A stretch of DNA of 64,000 nucleotides from Octopus vulgaris (GCA_951406725.2 OX597825.1:52886001-52950000), one strand, 5' to 3'; positions 16,440 to 30,859 are shown, numbered from the stretch's first letter. The notes: generated from the letters alone by a model not told the origin. Program-made: numbers and translations.

Positions 16440-18600
16440 ATGTGGATATACTGGCGATAATCGCTTTAAATGAATGTCATAGAAATATTTCACTGCTTAT
16501 GGAAGAATATGGTGGCGGTGGTACTGTGAGGTGAATCGAAGGTGATGTGCGATATACTTGCAGACGATGATTGTGGTTATAGTGTTATATCTATATGGTG
16601 GAGATGTCATCTCCTCCGTTTTCTATTGATATAACAAGGCATAAAGAAAATAGTGCATGTGGTGTTAACGTTATGGAAGACAATGGCAATGTTGTTATGT
16701 ATTTAGAAGGTAATGGCGGTATGTTTATATGTATATGTGGTAGTTGTAGTGATACTCTTATGTGTATTGAAATTTGTAGTGATATCGTCATATCGATAAA
16801 AGATGGTGGTGACCTGGTTATATGTATAGATGACGGTTGTGGTGATATTACTATGTTTATAGATATTGGTTATGATATTGTTATACCTATAAATGATAGT
16901 GATAAGACTTCTGTATGAATGCATGTTATTTGTGGAGAAAATTTTGCCCATGGTACAAACATTGTAATGATATAACTATGTCTATAGAAGACGGTGATAT
17001 TTTTACGAGGCTGGACTGAAAAGTTCATCGCCTGACTATGAAGGAGCGATGCTAGAACCGTGAAATCTTGCATTGATTAATTTCAACCCTTCTTTGTTTC
17101 TTTCCAGGTAAAATGTTATCTGACTGTTCAAAGAAAACTGCAAACGTAACTAAAATCAACTTCTCTTGGCAAGGGGGTGTTATGAAGTACCTGCAGAAAA
17201 AGGGTTTAGTCCCCAAGGATATTCATGCTGACGTGATTGCTACATTAGGGGATGACGCTCCAGGTTTATCAACAGTTCAAAAGTAGGCAGCTGAATTTAG
17301 GAGCGGATGGGAGAGTGGGAGATTCTTGAAGATGACGCAAGACATGGACGACCTGCAACTGCTACCACCGAGGAAAACATTAACCGAGTACATCACATAT
17401 TGACGGGTGACAGGCGATTGACTGTAAATCAAGTAGCCAATGTTATTGATATATCCTGTGGGAGTTCAGAATATTGTACACAATGATCTTATCATGACGA
17501 AGGTTTCTATTCGGTGACTGCCACATGTTCTGATACTTGATCAAAAGCGCACCAGGTAGATCACATCACGGTAAAATCTGGCATTATTTGAGGCACAACC
17601 CAGTAGTTTCTTTGAAAGTCCCCTAGTCCAAGATTAGTGTTGACTTCACCACTTCGAGCCAGAGACAGCCTCAAGTTTTCTGAGATGCAGAAAATATTGT
17701 GTTTATTGACTATCTTCAAATGGTCCACATGTACGATGGAGAATACCATGCCAACTTGCTTAGGCAGTTGCGAAAGACTATCAAGACGAGAGGAACTGAG
17801 GAAAGGGGTCTGTTTCACAAGGAAAATGCTCCAATAAGTCTTTGTGGCTTTGAACTGGCTGATCACCCTTTCTATTTTGTCATGATTTGGCCCCATCTGA
17901 TTATCATCTGTTCCCCGACTTAAACAAACACTTTGCTGGGAAGCAGTATCGCACTGATGATGACGTTTTATCTGCTGTCGATGAATTATTTAACCAACAA
18001 GGTAAAAACTCCTTCACCAATGGGATCCAAACGCTGGTACATAGATGGATGATGTGAGTCGACCGCAAGGAGGATTATGTTGAAAACTAAACCTTATTTG
18101 GTCAAATTCTATGAGAGTATCTTGGTCAGGCTATGAACTTCTCATCCGACCCTTGTATAACTATAGAAGATAGCGATGATATTGTTATGCCTATTAAAGA
18201 GTGCTATGTCTATAGAAGACACTAGTCATAATGTTATCCATAGTAGACTGTCGTGATATTCTTTATATTTATGGGACATGGTGGTATTATTGCTAAGTGT
18301 AGAGAATTCGGAGATGGTGATATTATATACATAGAAAATAATAGATAATATTTTAATGCATAAATGTTGATTATGGTGATATTTTTGTGTCTACAGAACA
18401 TACAAGTGATATTGTTTTACGTATAGAAGTTGGCGAGGAAGTTAGTGGTTGTGCTGTTATGTCGACAGGAAATGGTGATACTGTTTTAAGTATAAATGGT
18501 AGTTGTGGTGATATTGTTATGTGTATAGAAGAATGTTGTGGTTTTGTTGCAGCCATAAGATGAAATGGTTGTACTTTTGTAGCGTCCATAAATGGGGAAG
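16440..18600. repeat. Degenerate ~30-bp minisatellite (approx. GATGGTGGTGATATTGTTATGTGTATAGAA) split by a mariner
   Basis: Recurring 'gtgatat(t)gttat..tataga' units at 16440-17003 and 18158-18600. Confidence 0.65.
17006..18155 (+). mobile_element. Mariner transposon, degenerate
   Basis: TIRs CGAGG(-)CTGGACTGAAAAGTTCATCGCCTGAC / GTCAGGCTATGAACTTCTCATCCGACCCTTG with TA on both sides. Transposase relics 'VMKYLQKKGLVPKDIHAD..LGDDAP', 'FIDYLQ..GEYHANLLRQLR..FHKENAP', 'DLAPSDYHLF'. Confidence 0.88.
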
Positions 18601-19299
18601 TATTTCTATACTTCTAGTTAGTTGGTACATACTTTTGAAACAATGTGCCTATTGTTGTATCTAAAAAAACATAGCATGATGGTGTTGTACATATAACTGA
18701 TGGTAGGATTAAGCTTCTTTAATGTACTTGAGTATGAGGAATGGTATGGCTTTCTGTAGGGTTCTTGATATTGGTTTCCCCCGTAATACTCATAACTCCA
18801 TTTCGAACATAAAGTATAATGCACTCCCCCCCCCACATATATATATATGTGTGTGCGTGTGTAAAATATATTTTGATGGTAGCATGTTAGATTAACAGTT
18901 CCACATGTTAAATGCTTTTATTCGATAGATTTTGACGACTGCCATCTTGTATGTAAGGTCTGCCCACGAAGAATAGCTAAGAATGAAAAATGCATCTAGA
19001 CAAAGAGGCAACAGCAGCAACCTCTGCAGAGGCGAAAATATACAGAATTTATGAATTAAACATTAGTAACAAGAACGATCACTGCAAAGGTTTACATATT
19101 TAACAGTCTTCGATTCTAAACGGGTGGAATGGTTCAAATAAGATAGAAGAAAGTTAATAGATAATTATGTGGAATTTATTGATTAATGACGTTATTTAAG
19201 ATGGTAAAAATGTCATTAATTATTCATAACACTGGTCACATGTTTCCTTTTGTTTACGGTTTGAGTTCCAAGTTGGAAAGAATTTTTGTTAATCCTTAG

Positions 19300-21330
19300 G
19301 AACATTGCCCTAAGTCAATTGGTTCTGAATATTTTGGGCATTCACTGTACTTCCTTGTAACTTTTTTGTTGTGTGTTTCAGTATGTAGCGGATGGGATTG
19401 GTGGATGATTCGGTCGTTCAGATGTTGGTGTGTAAGAAGCAATGTAATTCGCTGAGACAGCATTTGTTTAACTGTTTCCGAACTACAATTGTACAAAATA
19501 TGGCGAGAAAGTTGAGCAATGTTTTCTAATTAATTTTTTTGCCTGATAATCTCCGATTTCATGTCATAAGACGTTTGGTGTGTAAGATTGTAAGATCGCT
19601 AATTTCTTCTTAGTCGATAATTAACGTAATTCATGAAATTAGAGTAACTTGGATAATTAGGAACCAAACTGATGAAGCGGTTGTGAGGAATGCCATTATA
19701 ACCATTTACAGTAGGAGCCGGTTAAATGATAGAGTGACTTGAAGTGCGGACTCACACTGAAATTTCTCTTGAGCTAGCTGTTGAAAGCACAGCCTGATCG
19801 ACTTTTATAATGAAGCATATCGCTCACATCAACCCTTTCCTTCAAATTGATGATGTTTGGTGCGAGTTTTTATAACGTCATTATTTGGGAGATATTGGTT
19901 TACTTTGTCTTCTAGCTGTGTGCAACTTGCTGAATTAATCATAGAAAATAGGGCGAATAAATGACTCCTCACAGTATTGGCTGTCATGTCTCAAGATGGG
20001 AATCTGAAAGTATACTCTCATTAGTTGCTCGCGGGTTCTAAGAAATGACTTTCAGATAAAGAGGACAATGTTCTAATACTGTCTATGAATAATCTCTCAC
20101 ATGAGCTAGTTGTAGGTACTGGCCTACCGTATTGGCCTGTTTAGTTTTGCTTTGAGATCTTTGTAGAGTTAGCAGCCTTCGTTATTTCGGGAATTTCTAT
20201 GATTGAAAACGGCACATTAGGATACCTCAAAAGGGAATCATTCTGTTGCATCTTGTATGTTAAGGTGATCATAGATTGCCTTCTTTCTCAATTGAGAATA
20301 TCTTCCAGGTAAAAAATATCATGTCAGTGTTTCTGCACAGTTATTCTCTGGATTTGCTTTCTGAACTTCGTATGAGATAATGAATTTGTAACCAGCTAAT
20401 TACATTCTTCATCAACAATGCTTGCCACTTTCGATTTTGGATCGTGTCTGAGTGTAAGTAGTCTAAGCAACTAGCCGTCATTCTGTGAGAATACTCGAGG
20501 TAGACACTTAATGGACCAGTGGTCTCCCCCTTCCAATACATTATTGCAGTGGCTTTATTCGCACCGATTGATTTGTGCTTATCCAGAGTGTGCTTACGAA
20601 AATGAAGAGTCACTGGTCTGCCACTTTGATAAAAGATCTACCTCGACTATCCTCACTTATGTCTACATCAATATGTGTGTGATGTGATAGCTCTTGTGTT
20701 TGTTAGTTTAAGAAGATTAAGATTTCCCAGTTAGAAGTTTTGACTCATTGAAACTCATTACAAACTCAAAGTTGTTTTCTTTTACATGGTCGGAGATTAT
20801 GACAGATCATTATAACCAACGTTATGTTGCGTCTCTGGCCTTCTACTTGTTTTCTCGAATATAATAAACTTTTTTACTGTAGGAAAGGCGGTTGAACACC
20901 TTCTTGTCATCATTGAAAGTTTCTGACTTTCGAATAAAATCTCCTGTAGCCTTGTCAATAAATGTTTCTTCTGTAGGGCCATTGAGGTGTTTTGCTTTAA
21001 AATAATCTTGCGTCTGTGATCACGAAGACGAGAACAGTAGAAATATAAGGTGTATAAAGCTTATGAAAGTAATCTTTTGGTAAATAATTTTCTTTAAATG
21101 GTTGAAGAATGTCAGAAAGTGAACGTGTAGGTGAAGGAAACGCAACCGATTGAATGATATTGTTATAAACCAGGTTCCAATCTAATTAGCTTTTGTTCAG
21201 TCTATTTTGTCTATGACCGTCTTGTGGCCAGAAGTTGCTAATGGCATCACGCAACGATGAAGGTCGCTTCTATACACGATAACAAAAAGAAGAATAACGA
21301 AAGATGCATTGGAATATTGATGCAATAGTA
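19300..21330 (-). mobile_element. Highly degenerate Ty3/Gypsy pol relic (RT to integrase)
   Basis: Minus-strand 'VAFPSP..SDILQ' (RT FPLP-like), 'PVPTTSSCERLFIDSI' (integrase start) and 'GIPHNRFISLVPNYPSYSN' (integrase core) in Gypsy order. No LTRs seen. Confidence 0.5.
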
Positions 21331-21379
21331 AGTGGGGAAATGAATGGGACATCTGAAATAAATATCAGTTTCACTTTTT

Positions 21380-21572
21380 GAAACAAGGCTTGCAGCTTCG
21401 GAGGTAAGTCGATATATGTAGCCCAGTTTTCAACTGGTACTTATTTTATCGACCGCGATAGGATGAAAGGTAAAGTCTACCTCGGCGGCATTTAATCTCA
21501 GAGCGTAAAGACAGACGAAATACGGCTTAGCGTTTGCCCGGGCGTGCTAACAATTCTCCCAGCTCATTGCTT
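21380..21572 (-). mobile_element. tRNA-derived SINE, family B
   Basis: Reverse complement of the family B head and core. Confidence 0.82.
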
Positions 21573-22479
21573 TTGCAGATGAAATAAATATTAGCATGTT
21601 AAAAATGACAATAGTGATATATAGCTTCCGAAATTAATACTACAAGATTCTCAGTTCGATCTTTGAATAATTGGAGAATCTGAACCATAGATTATACCAT
21701 ATAAATGACATATAATCAGTTTTGAATAGAACAGCAAATAAAGGTTGGTTAACGTAAAATAACGCAAGAATATTATTACTTGACCACTTAATGTTTGTTA
21801 CTTGTAAAATGGGAAATGGAGAAAACCTTTGGAAATAGCAATCACTATTGTTTTTTTCCCACTTGTTGCCGGGAGATGTTTTATCTCTGACGCTTCCTTT
21901 GCCAGATTGAGTCGTGCCATTGAAAGCGTTTAACCCATACACTGGGGTCGCAGATTACTCGTTGATGTTGATTGGAGGAAATTATGAAATTGAGACTGTA
22001 CCATATTCATACAGCAAAATATCACTTCTCCCTTGTGTGTATGCGTGTGTGTGTGTGTGTGCATGTGTGTGTGTCTGTGTGCATAAACAGTGAGAGCAAA
22101 GAAAAACTCGACAGTGAAAGAAATTTGGCCACATAAACATGATATAGTCGCAAATCAATTTTATGGTAATATTTTACAGATTTAATGTTTTTATGATCAA
22201 AGGCTACCCTGCAGATTAAGCCAAATTATAAGAATTCTTGAACTAAGTGACTCTTCCTCTTCCTCCTCTACATGCACATTGAATAACATAGAAAGAATAT
22301 TTACATTGGCATTTTACTTAATAAGAAAAGTTTGTGATATTGAAATTCATTTCAGTTCTCTTGATTCGATTTGTGTTGTGCATAAAATTAGTGATAAGCT
22401 GCGAAAAGTACAACTATGCAAATTAGGCTAGTCATTACGGCTCTAACCCAATTTAAGACTGGTGTGTGTGTGTGTAGTC

Positions 22480-22750
22480 ATAGGCTGCCCGTGTGGCATG
22501 AAGTTTGCTTTCCAACGACATTGTTCCGGGTACCGTCTCACTGTGTAGCACATTGAGCAAGAGTTTTCTACTATAACCTCGAGTCGAGAAAAGCCTTGTC
22601 AATGGATTTGGCTGATGGAAACTGAAAGAAACCCGACATATAAATATATATGTGCGTGTGTGTGCATGTGTGTATGGGTGTGTGTGCGTCTGTGTGTAAA
22701 CGTGAGCGAGTGTGTTCTCCACCTGTTAACAACCGAGAATGGGGTGACAG
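22480..22750 (+). mobile_element. Diverged partial SINE, family A
   Basis: 'ttctactataacctcg..aagccttgtcaatggatttgg..ggaaactgaaagaa' matches the 26068 copy. Confidence 0.75.
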
Positions 22751-23852
22751 TTGAGTAAGATTTGGAGGGCCACCAATGGGGACGATGACAGCGTAGAGAG
22801 GATATCATTGTTGAGGGTTCCAGAAAGAAAGGAAAAAAATTAAGAGTTGAGTATCATAGTTGGTGTCATGAATATGAAACAGATGAGAAGCAGCTACGGG
22901 AGAATGGAAGAGGTCGAGGGAGTTGAAAATCAGTTCGGTGCGGGCAGTTAGAAGCAGAGAAGTAGCATTGTAAAAGAGAGTATAAAAATCAAATTTTCTG
23001 TATATGGGCGTGGCCTTTGTCAAGAAACATTTTAACAGTCCTTGTGACAATGAAAGATTCTAATAATGAAACGATGAACATCTCTTACAATAAATGGAAC
23101 TGTGTGCAATAAAGTTAAAAATAAAAGAAAATGATTGAATTATGAAGCAATAAAGAGAACACACAAAAGCATTTATACATCATTATACATCATAATACAC
23201 ACAAGCAGGTAATTATATGAACGCATTGTATGCATACATACACACACGAATATGTATAAATATAAATGTAACTAAATTTATACACGTTCGCTCACATCGC
23301 GGCCTGCGTGTTTATGTGTGTCTATATGCGCGTGAGTGTATGCGTACAAATTACTTGAATGTATATATGAATATGTATATGCATATATATGTATGTGTGT
23401 TGTGTGTCCGTGAATGTATGTACATGGGTACACACACACATACTCATATATATGTGTGTGTGTGTGTGTGTGGCATTTTATGTGATGCATGTGCTTATAT
23501 GTGCTTATAAATATACGTGCGGCTGCGTGTGTATATAGGTATAAACTTACGAATGTATATCAACTATAATGCCTATGTATACATTCATGCGTATATCAAT
23601 CAATGTGAATTTGTGTGACGAAGAAGGATAGTTAGACAAAAAAAATGTAATGGCGCGTGTGTATGTGTTTGCTTGGGAGTGTGTGGTTGCAAGAGTGTGC
23701 GTAAGTGTATAAACAAACGGATGATATATAAATGTAAACATCGTCGCTTTATTTAAAGGCCGACAGCGGCCATTCTTCACTGATATACAGCAAAATCAGT
23801 GACTATTTCTTTTGTGTGTGTGTGTATAAGTGTGTGTGCCTTTATAAGTGTG

Positions 23853-23883
<31 letters not shown>

Positions 23884-24557
23884 ATGTGTGTGTGTGTATT
23901 GTGTCCGTATGATTACAAGAATATATATATATGTATGATGCGTGTATATATGCATGTGTACATACACACACGTATACGAACACACAAACACGAATATATA
24001 CATATATATATATATGCACCCCCCCACATATATATATATTGATATATATATATATATATATATATGCACCCCCCATACATATATATATATTGAGAGAAAA
24101 GGAGGACGCCAGAATTTTGGAAAAAGTTTTTATTCATTATTATTAGCGCTTTCATTCGTTTTCGAACTTGTCAAATAAAATTGTATATAAATCAGATATT
24201 TTTTGTTTTGTTTAGAAAAGGAGAACAATGTTTTTGTTTATTTGTTTTGGGAGGTGAGGTTCTAGGACAATGGAAACAGGAAGATAGGTAGACAGATAAG
24301 TGATAGAAAGATAGATAGAGGGAGGAGGGAGAGATTTCTTTTCAATTTCGCATGTATTTACCATTCATTTATTTAGTTAGTTATTTATCATTGTATAGCT
24401 ATTGACATGAGTTCAATTATGGTGACCTCTTCAGGATGTCAGTTGGAAAAAATAGTGAAAAAAGGATGGGGTGCGGTCATCCCTGAAAGCATTCTCTTAA
24501 CTTTTTCTTAGGGTGCCAGAAGGAAGATAAGAGGTTCTATGGAAATGAAAGATTATA

Positions 24558-24612
<55 letters not shown>

Positions 24613-24899
24613 ATTATTATTATTGTTAGATCAAATGTAACTGCCCGAAATGGTGGTGACTTCTGGGACATGATTGATGAAAGAAAGCCAAGAATGACTC
24701 GACCTTTTTGCCAATCCTTCTAATTATTGTTTCTCTTGTCCGCCTTTGTATCGTCTATCTATCCGAATGTTTTAATGCCCTCTATTACGTTTTTGTTCCG
24801 TATATATATATATATATATATATATGCTATTGGGATATGTCTTTTGAGATCTTTTGCTTGGCGTCCTACTATTCCGTAAGGAGTGTTTTTCAATCAGAT

Positions 24900-25410
24900 T
24901 TTTCGTTTTGGGGCTTTGTAGGAGTTATTGGTAAGTTCGATTTTACGGCGTGAAAGAAGATAGTTATCACAGGACTGTGTGTTAACAAACGGAATCACTT
25001 GTTCCTTAATTTTTTCCTTGGGTGTCCGTAGTTGGGTAATGCTCAATCTCATCGCCTTTTTAATTGCCTCATTAATTAATCCGAAGGGGTATTTCTGCAT
25101 TGTGAGGAAACCTTCGAGCTCGTTGAGTCGGATTTCACGTATTTTGGGGTCAGTCACTATAGCACAATTGCTTCTTGCCACGCTGTATGGAATGTTCCTT
25201 TTGATGTGTGATGGATGGTAAGAATAGAAATTTGAATATTGGTGTGTGTCAGTATTTTTGTAAAGTATGTCTTTTGTGATTGTGGAGTTCTGTATTTTTA
25301 TGTGGCTATCCAGGAATGGTAATTCAATGCAACTGATTCTGTCGTGAATTTGATGGATGGGGGAAGTGTATTCAGTATATTATTAAATCTACTTAGATCC
25401 TCATTTGGGT
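24900..25410 (-). mobile_element. Penelope-like element RT C-terminal fragment
   Basis: 'NTLPPSIKFT..PFLD..KNTDTHQY..YHPSHIKRNIPYS..CAIVTDPKIREIRLNEL..QKYP..IPFV', i.e. PLE RT domains 6-7 and thumb. Confidence 0.75.
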
Positions 25411-25431
25411 CTATACTCTATACATACATAC

Positions 25432-25470
<39 letters not shown>

Positions 25471-26067
25471 CACTCTATACATACATATATATGTGTATAT
25501 ATATATATATTTATATATATATACACATATATGCATGTATAGTATATCTACATCTATCTAAATGTGTGTTTATATATGTATGGGTAATATATAGACATAT
25601 GTAATCATATATCTATATCTATCTATCTATCTGTCTGTCTATCTATCTCTCTATCTGTCTCTGTCTGTCTCTCTCTCTATATGTATAGTTAAAAATTGTC
25701 TGAAGTCGTAAGACACCCGCTGTTTTGTCCTGTTATTACTATTCTTGTTTTTTATTTCTATTTTTTGTTTCTTGTATTCATATTCGTGTGGCATTCTGTC
25801 CTTGTTTCGTATACATTCGATCCTCTTTCCAAGAAATCTAATGCTCGTAGTTTAGTTTTTCTTTGGGGCAGGCCGTATCGGAGCGATATCAGGATTAATC
25901 AGCCGAAATGGCTAAGATGAAGATTAGAGGCTTCGAATGACCCTTCTGTTTTTTTGCGTCGTCTTTTTGTGGGTTTTTGCGTTCTTGTCCCATTTTGTAA
26001 TTTATATTTAATTTCTATACATATATATATATATACATACATATGTGTGTGTGTGTGTGTGTGTATA

Positions 26068-26453
26068 AGGAGTGGCTGTGTGGTAAGTAGCTTGCTAACC
26101 AACCACATGGTTCCGGGTTCAGTCCCACTGCGTGGCATCTTGGGCAAGTGTCTTCTGCTATAGCCCTGGGCCGACCAATGCCTTGTGAGTGGATTTGGTA
26201 GATGGAAACTGAAAGAAGCCTGTCGTATATATGTAAATATATGTATATATGCGTGTGTGTGTTTGTGTGTCTGTGTATGTCCCCCTAGCATTGCTTGACA
26301 ACCGATGCTGGTGTGTTTATGTCCCCGTTCCTTAGCGGTTCAGCAAAAGAGACCGATAGAATAAGTATTGAGCTTACAAAAGAATAAGTTGCTCGATTAA
26401 AGGCGGTGCTCCAGCATGGCCGCAGTCAAATGACTGAAACAAGTAAAAGAGTA
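26068..26453 (+). mobile_element. tRNA-derived SINE, family A (CORE-like; resembles octopus OR-type SINEs), full length
   Basis: A-box TGGCTGTGTGG, B-box GGTTCAGTCCC, CORE-like 'gcatcttgggcaagtg', internal TA/TG tract, 3' end 'caaatgactgaaacaagtaaaag'. Six copies in the window. Confidence 0.88.
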
Positions 26454-27557
26454 AACAACAAAATGCATACTGAATGTAAAAATAAACGAGAGACAAACAG
26501 AAAGTCCATAATTCTTTATCAGTTATCGACCAATGGTACTTTTTCAGTTTCGTACCTTTAACGAAAAGACTGAATGCTTCCCAGTTGGCGGTGGCCGCAA
26601 AAAGAAAGTTTTTTGCGTAGAATTAGGGATAAGAACAAACAAAGCAAAACAGAATGACGGTGGATGATGACAAACAGTTGAATAAAATACGGCCTTGGGA
26701 CCCAGAAGACGAGAATAATGGGTAACTTTTAGAAAATGTTTTGTACGATGTACAAGAGAGAGACAAAATTTGCGACTGGTCAGGTAAGGGACCAGTCTAA
26801 GAAAGGAAAAAAAGAGGAAGTGGCCGCTGGTCACATGGCAGCAACAGGCAGAGGAGAAAGACAGCAGGGAGAGAGAGAATGATAGAGAAAAGAAGGGGCA
26901 AGTGGATGAAGGGGAAGGAGAAAGGCTAGGAATACAAAAGTCAGAGAGGCTTGGAATTGAAGAGGAAAAGAGAGAAAGAGAGTAAGTAGAAAATCTAGAA
27001 TAGAAGTGACAGGGTGAAAGAATTTGCGACTGGTCAGCTCAGGGATCGGTCTAAGAAAGGAAGAAAAAGAGGAACTAACCGCTGGTCCCCTGACAGAAGC
27101 AGGCAGAGGGTGCGACAGAGAAAAAAGAGGGATGTGGATGAAGGGGAAGAAGAAAGGTTAGGAATACAAGAGAAAGGCTACGAATATAAGAGGAAGACAG
27201 GCTAGGAATACAAGAGGGAGAATGGCTAAGAGTACAAGACGGAGAGAGAGAAGGAGTAAGAAGAAAAGGGTAAAATAGAAGTGACAGGGGGGAAAGAAAG
27301 AAAAGGGGAAAGAATGAGGGCAAGAAAGAGAGAGAGAGACACACACACACACACGGGTATATATGTAAAAATGTTACTTTTTTGTGTAGAATTAGGGACA
27401 AGACCAAACAAAACGAAACAAAACAATCAAACGGCACTGTGTGATTTAGGACGGCGGACAAGGGACACAAACAGCTGAACAAATTACGCCCTTCGGGTCC
27501 AGAAAGCGAGAATAGTTGGTAACGCTCCGTAAATATATATATATGTATATATAAATA

Positions 27558-27940
27558 TGTGGCTGTGTGGTAAGTAGCTTGCTTACCAACAACATGGTTC
27601 CGGGTTCATTCCCACTGCGTCACATCTTTGGCAAGTGTCTCCTACTATAGCCTCGGGTCGACCAAAGTCTTGTGTGTGGATTTGGTAGACGGAAACTGAA
27701 AGAAGCCCGTCGTATATATATGTATATATATATATATGTGTGAGTGTGTTTGTCCCTCCAACATCGCTTGACAACCGATGGTGGTGTGTTTACGTCGCCG
27801 TCACTTAGCGGTTCGGCAAAAGTGTTCGAAAAAATAAGTACCAGGCTTCCAAAGAATAAGTCCTGGGGTCGATTTGCTCGACTAAAGGCGGTGCCCCAGC
27901 ATGAACACAGTCAAATGAGTGAAGCAAGTAAAAGAGTATA
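27558..27940 (+). mobile_element. SINE family A, full length
   Basis: Colinear with the 26068-26453 copy. Confidence 0.88.
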
Positions 27941-27943
27941 AGA

Positions 27944-27985
<42 letters not shown>

Positions 27986-28691
27986 ATGTATGTATATATA
28001 TACACACATACACATACGTATACATATGTATGTGTTGTGTGAGTGTGTGTGTCTGTTAATATGTGTGTATACGTGTACTCACATATTGCATGCATTCATG
28101 TGTACACATCTACAAATGCAAGGTTATTTATGTAAGAGCATTGCATGTGCGTATATGCATCTTCGTATTATTGCTTCTTTCATAATTCGCTTGCTTAATT
28201 ATTTTCTGATTTTTCATATAAAAACCAGGGGGCGTTTGCATCAGTCGTACATCCCATATTATTAACGTTGGCCATTATCATATGACCTGCATATTGTGTT
28301 CTCTCATTAGCCACGCCCATATCCAGAATATTTGTCATTTATATATATGTGTGTGTCTGTGTGCGTGTGTGCGTGCATTTGTGTGTGGTTGTGTGTGCGT
28401 TTGGGTGGGTTTTAGTTAATGCTACAAATTTAAATCTGCCCAGAGTTATTTCTTTGTGAATTTCCCTTTGGTAACAGTTAAAAAACGTAGAAACGCTGCG
28501 CTTGGGAATCCGACTGGAGGGGAACAGTAGGCAGATATGGTGTTATTTACACCTTATTTTTTAACCTTTGAGAGAGGTTTTTCTCTATGTTAACTGCAGA
28601 GAATTTGCCTTTAGAAGTTAAAATATGCCACAAACATTTTAGGTAACCAAAATTTCGCTTGTGCCCAAATGCTGCTTTGCCTTGGTATTGC

Positions 28692-28719
<28 letters not shown>

Positions 28720-28727
<8 letters not shown>

Positions 28728-29275
28728 GCCCCCAGTCCAATGGACGGTGCTGAGTTGTCAAACATTTAAACCAAATTTTCTCAAAACAACTAGTCCGACC
28801 GTCCCATATGTCTTGCCTCCCCTTTGAGAAACACTGATTTAACCTAAATTTGAGACTCTAGCAAAAGAAGAAATAAAGAGACTTATTTTCTATTCCAAAG
28901 GAAAACGATTTTGTTCACACAAATATGCAACCGAAGAGTTTAAAGTACCAGTAATGACAAGGCTGTTGACTGGGAGAACACAAGCATGGTTTAAGCAGTA
29001 AGATTGGCAGGAAAGAAACATGCCTTTAATCAGTACAAAAACAACAAAAAATGGAAGGTGCAGTTATGTACAGGTTGACGGAAGAAAAGTAGCACCAAAA
29101 AGGGTTTTATCGATAGCATTCTCACATTGAATCGATTTAAAATTTTTTTTCAAGACCTGATACCGTCGGTATCTACATAACAAATTAATTTGAGCGCAAT
29201 CGGATTGAGGTTGCCCGAGATCCTAGAAGACACACATACAGACAGACAGAACGGATTTTATATAATATGTATATC
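28720..29275. mobile_element. Probable non-autonomous Helitron-like relic(s)
   Basis: The minus strand begins 'tatataaaatccgttctgtctgtctgtatg..ccgattgcgctcaaatt', an architecture typical of Lep1/DINE-like 5' ends. No 3' hairpin confirmed. Confidence 0.35.
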
Positions 29276-30271
29276 TATATATATATATATGTTTAAATAT
29301 TTAAAAGGCCACACGTTTAAGTTTAATAATAAAATATATGCCCAAGACGAGGGGGCAGCCATCGGCGTTAGTATAGCTGGTGATGTGGCCAACCTTTTCA
29401 TGGTATGGTGGGACAGAAGGCTTAAAGAACGCGTAACACAGAACTCCATACTCGTAAACATGTACTCTCGCTATGTTGATGATATCAACATAGTGGTAAA
29501 GGCACCCCCACAAGAGAGTAATGTTGATATAGTAATAGAAACTAATACTATGGAGAGCATCCAGCAAATAGCTAACTCCATCCACCAGAGTATTAACGTC
29601 ACAATAGACTACCCCACTAAACACCCCAACCATAGACTACCAGTACTAGACACTGAACTCTGACTAGAAATTGTGAATAATAAAACCTAAATTCTTCATT
29701 CATACTATGCCAAACCTATGGCCTCAAAATACTGGATCCACCGGAACTCAGCCATTGCGGACAATGCCAGAATCAATATTTTTATGGCAGACCTCGTCAG
29801 AATATTGAGAAATCTGTCACGCATGTGCGAGCCAACAGAGTTAAAGAGACACATACAATATTTCATTCACCGCATGCAGTTCTCAGGTTACAGCCATAAA
29901 GAAAGGATCATAGTATACAAAGGAGCCATGAAGAAATTTGATAATATATTATGTAATGATAGGAATGGGATTTGCCCACTCTATAGGAACAAGTCATGGA
30001 ACACTATAGAAAGGACAAAAAAGAAAATAGGGAAGGCCAACTCTTGGTATGATAGCCATAAATACCAGAGTGTCATGTTCGTTGACACCACCCCTGGAGG
30101 TGAACTGGCGTACCGCTTTAGAAGGACCCTAGACAAACTTAAGCTAAGAATTAAGGTTGTTGAAAAGCCAGGCAACCCTATCAAATCTATAATTGGTAGA
30201 ACCTATCCTTTTAGTAGAACCCCTGTACGCATAATTACTGTACTGTAGAACCAAACAAACTGTAAAGCCGG

Positions 30272-30428
30272 ATAAGCAATACTAGTGGTAGGGCAGCGGA
30301 CTTGTCGGAGGATCGCGGTTTCGATTAGACCGGGCGTTGTGTTGTTTATTGAGCCACAAACAAACTGTACTCTTTCACCACTCTAAAAATGTAGCAATCA
30401 AATGACTGAAACAAGTACAAAAAAAAAA
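30272..30428 (+). mobile_element. Short tRNA-headed SINE relic inserted in the PLE linker
   Basis: 'tagtggtagggcagcggac..gcggtttcgatt' head, family-A-like 3' end 'caaatgactgaaacaagta' and an A-tail. Confidence 0.55.
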
Positions 30429-30803
30429 TAGTATAAGATGTATAGAGGGACGATGCAGTAACAAGACAACGACATACGTAGGGGAAACGGCAAGAAGCAT
30501 AGGAGAGCGGGTAAATGAACATTGCAGACAACTCGAGGAAGGTAAAAGCTCATCGATCCTGTACCAACACGCCGAACAGGAACACGGGAAATCAATCAAC
30601 AATATAGAAATTAAAATATTGTCCACACATAGAACAGATGCAACAATCAGACAAATTACAGAAGCTACACACATAATAGAAAATAAACCTAGCCTGAATA
30701 GAAAACTAGAATGGAGCACTAGCACACATCACAACATATGACGATAGAGGATCCCGAAAACATAATAAATACACAGATAAATAAACAAATAGAAATAAAT
30801 AAC

Positions 30804-30859
<56 letters not shown>

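Noticed and set aside
16440-18600. CRISPR-like periodic repeats (also at 57885-58620)
   Set aside because: Units are contiguous and degenerate with no unique spacers or cas genes, in a eukaryotic context.
24620-24720. Hammerhead-like fragments near the 24.9-kb PLE and at 25880-25920 and 57625-57710
   Set aside because: Only half of the core is present in each case, so they cannot be folded convincingly.
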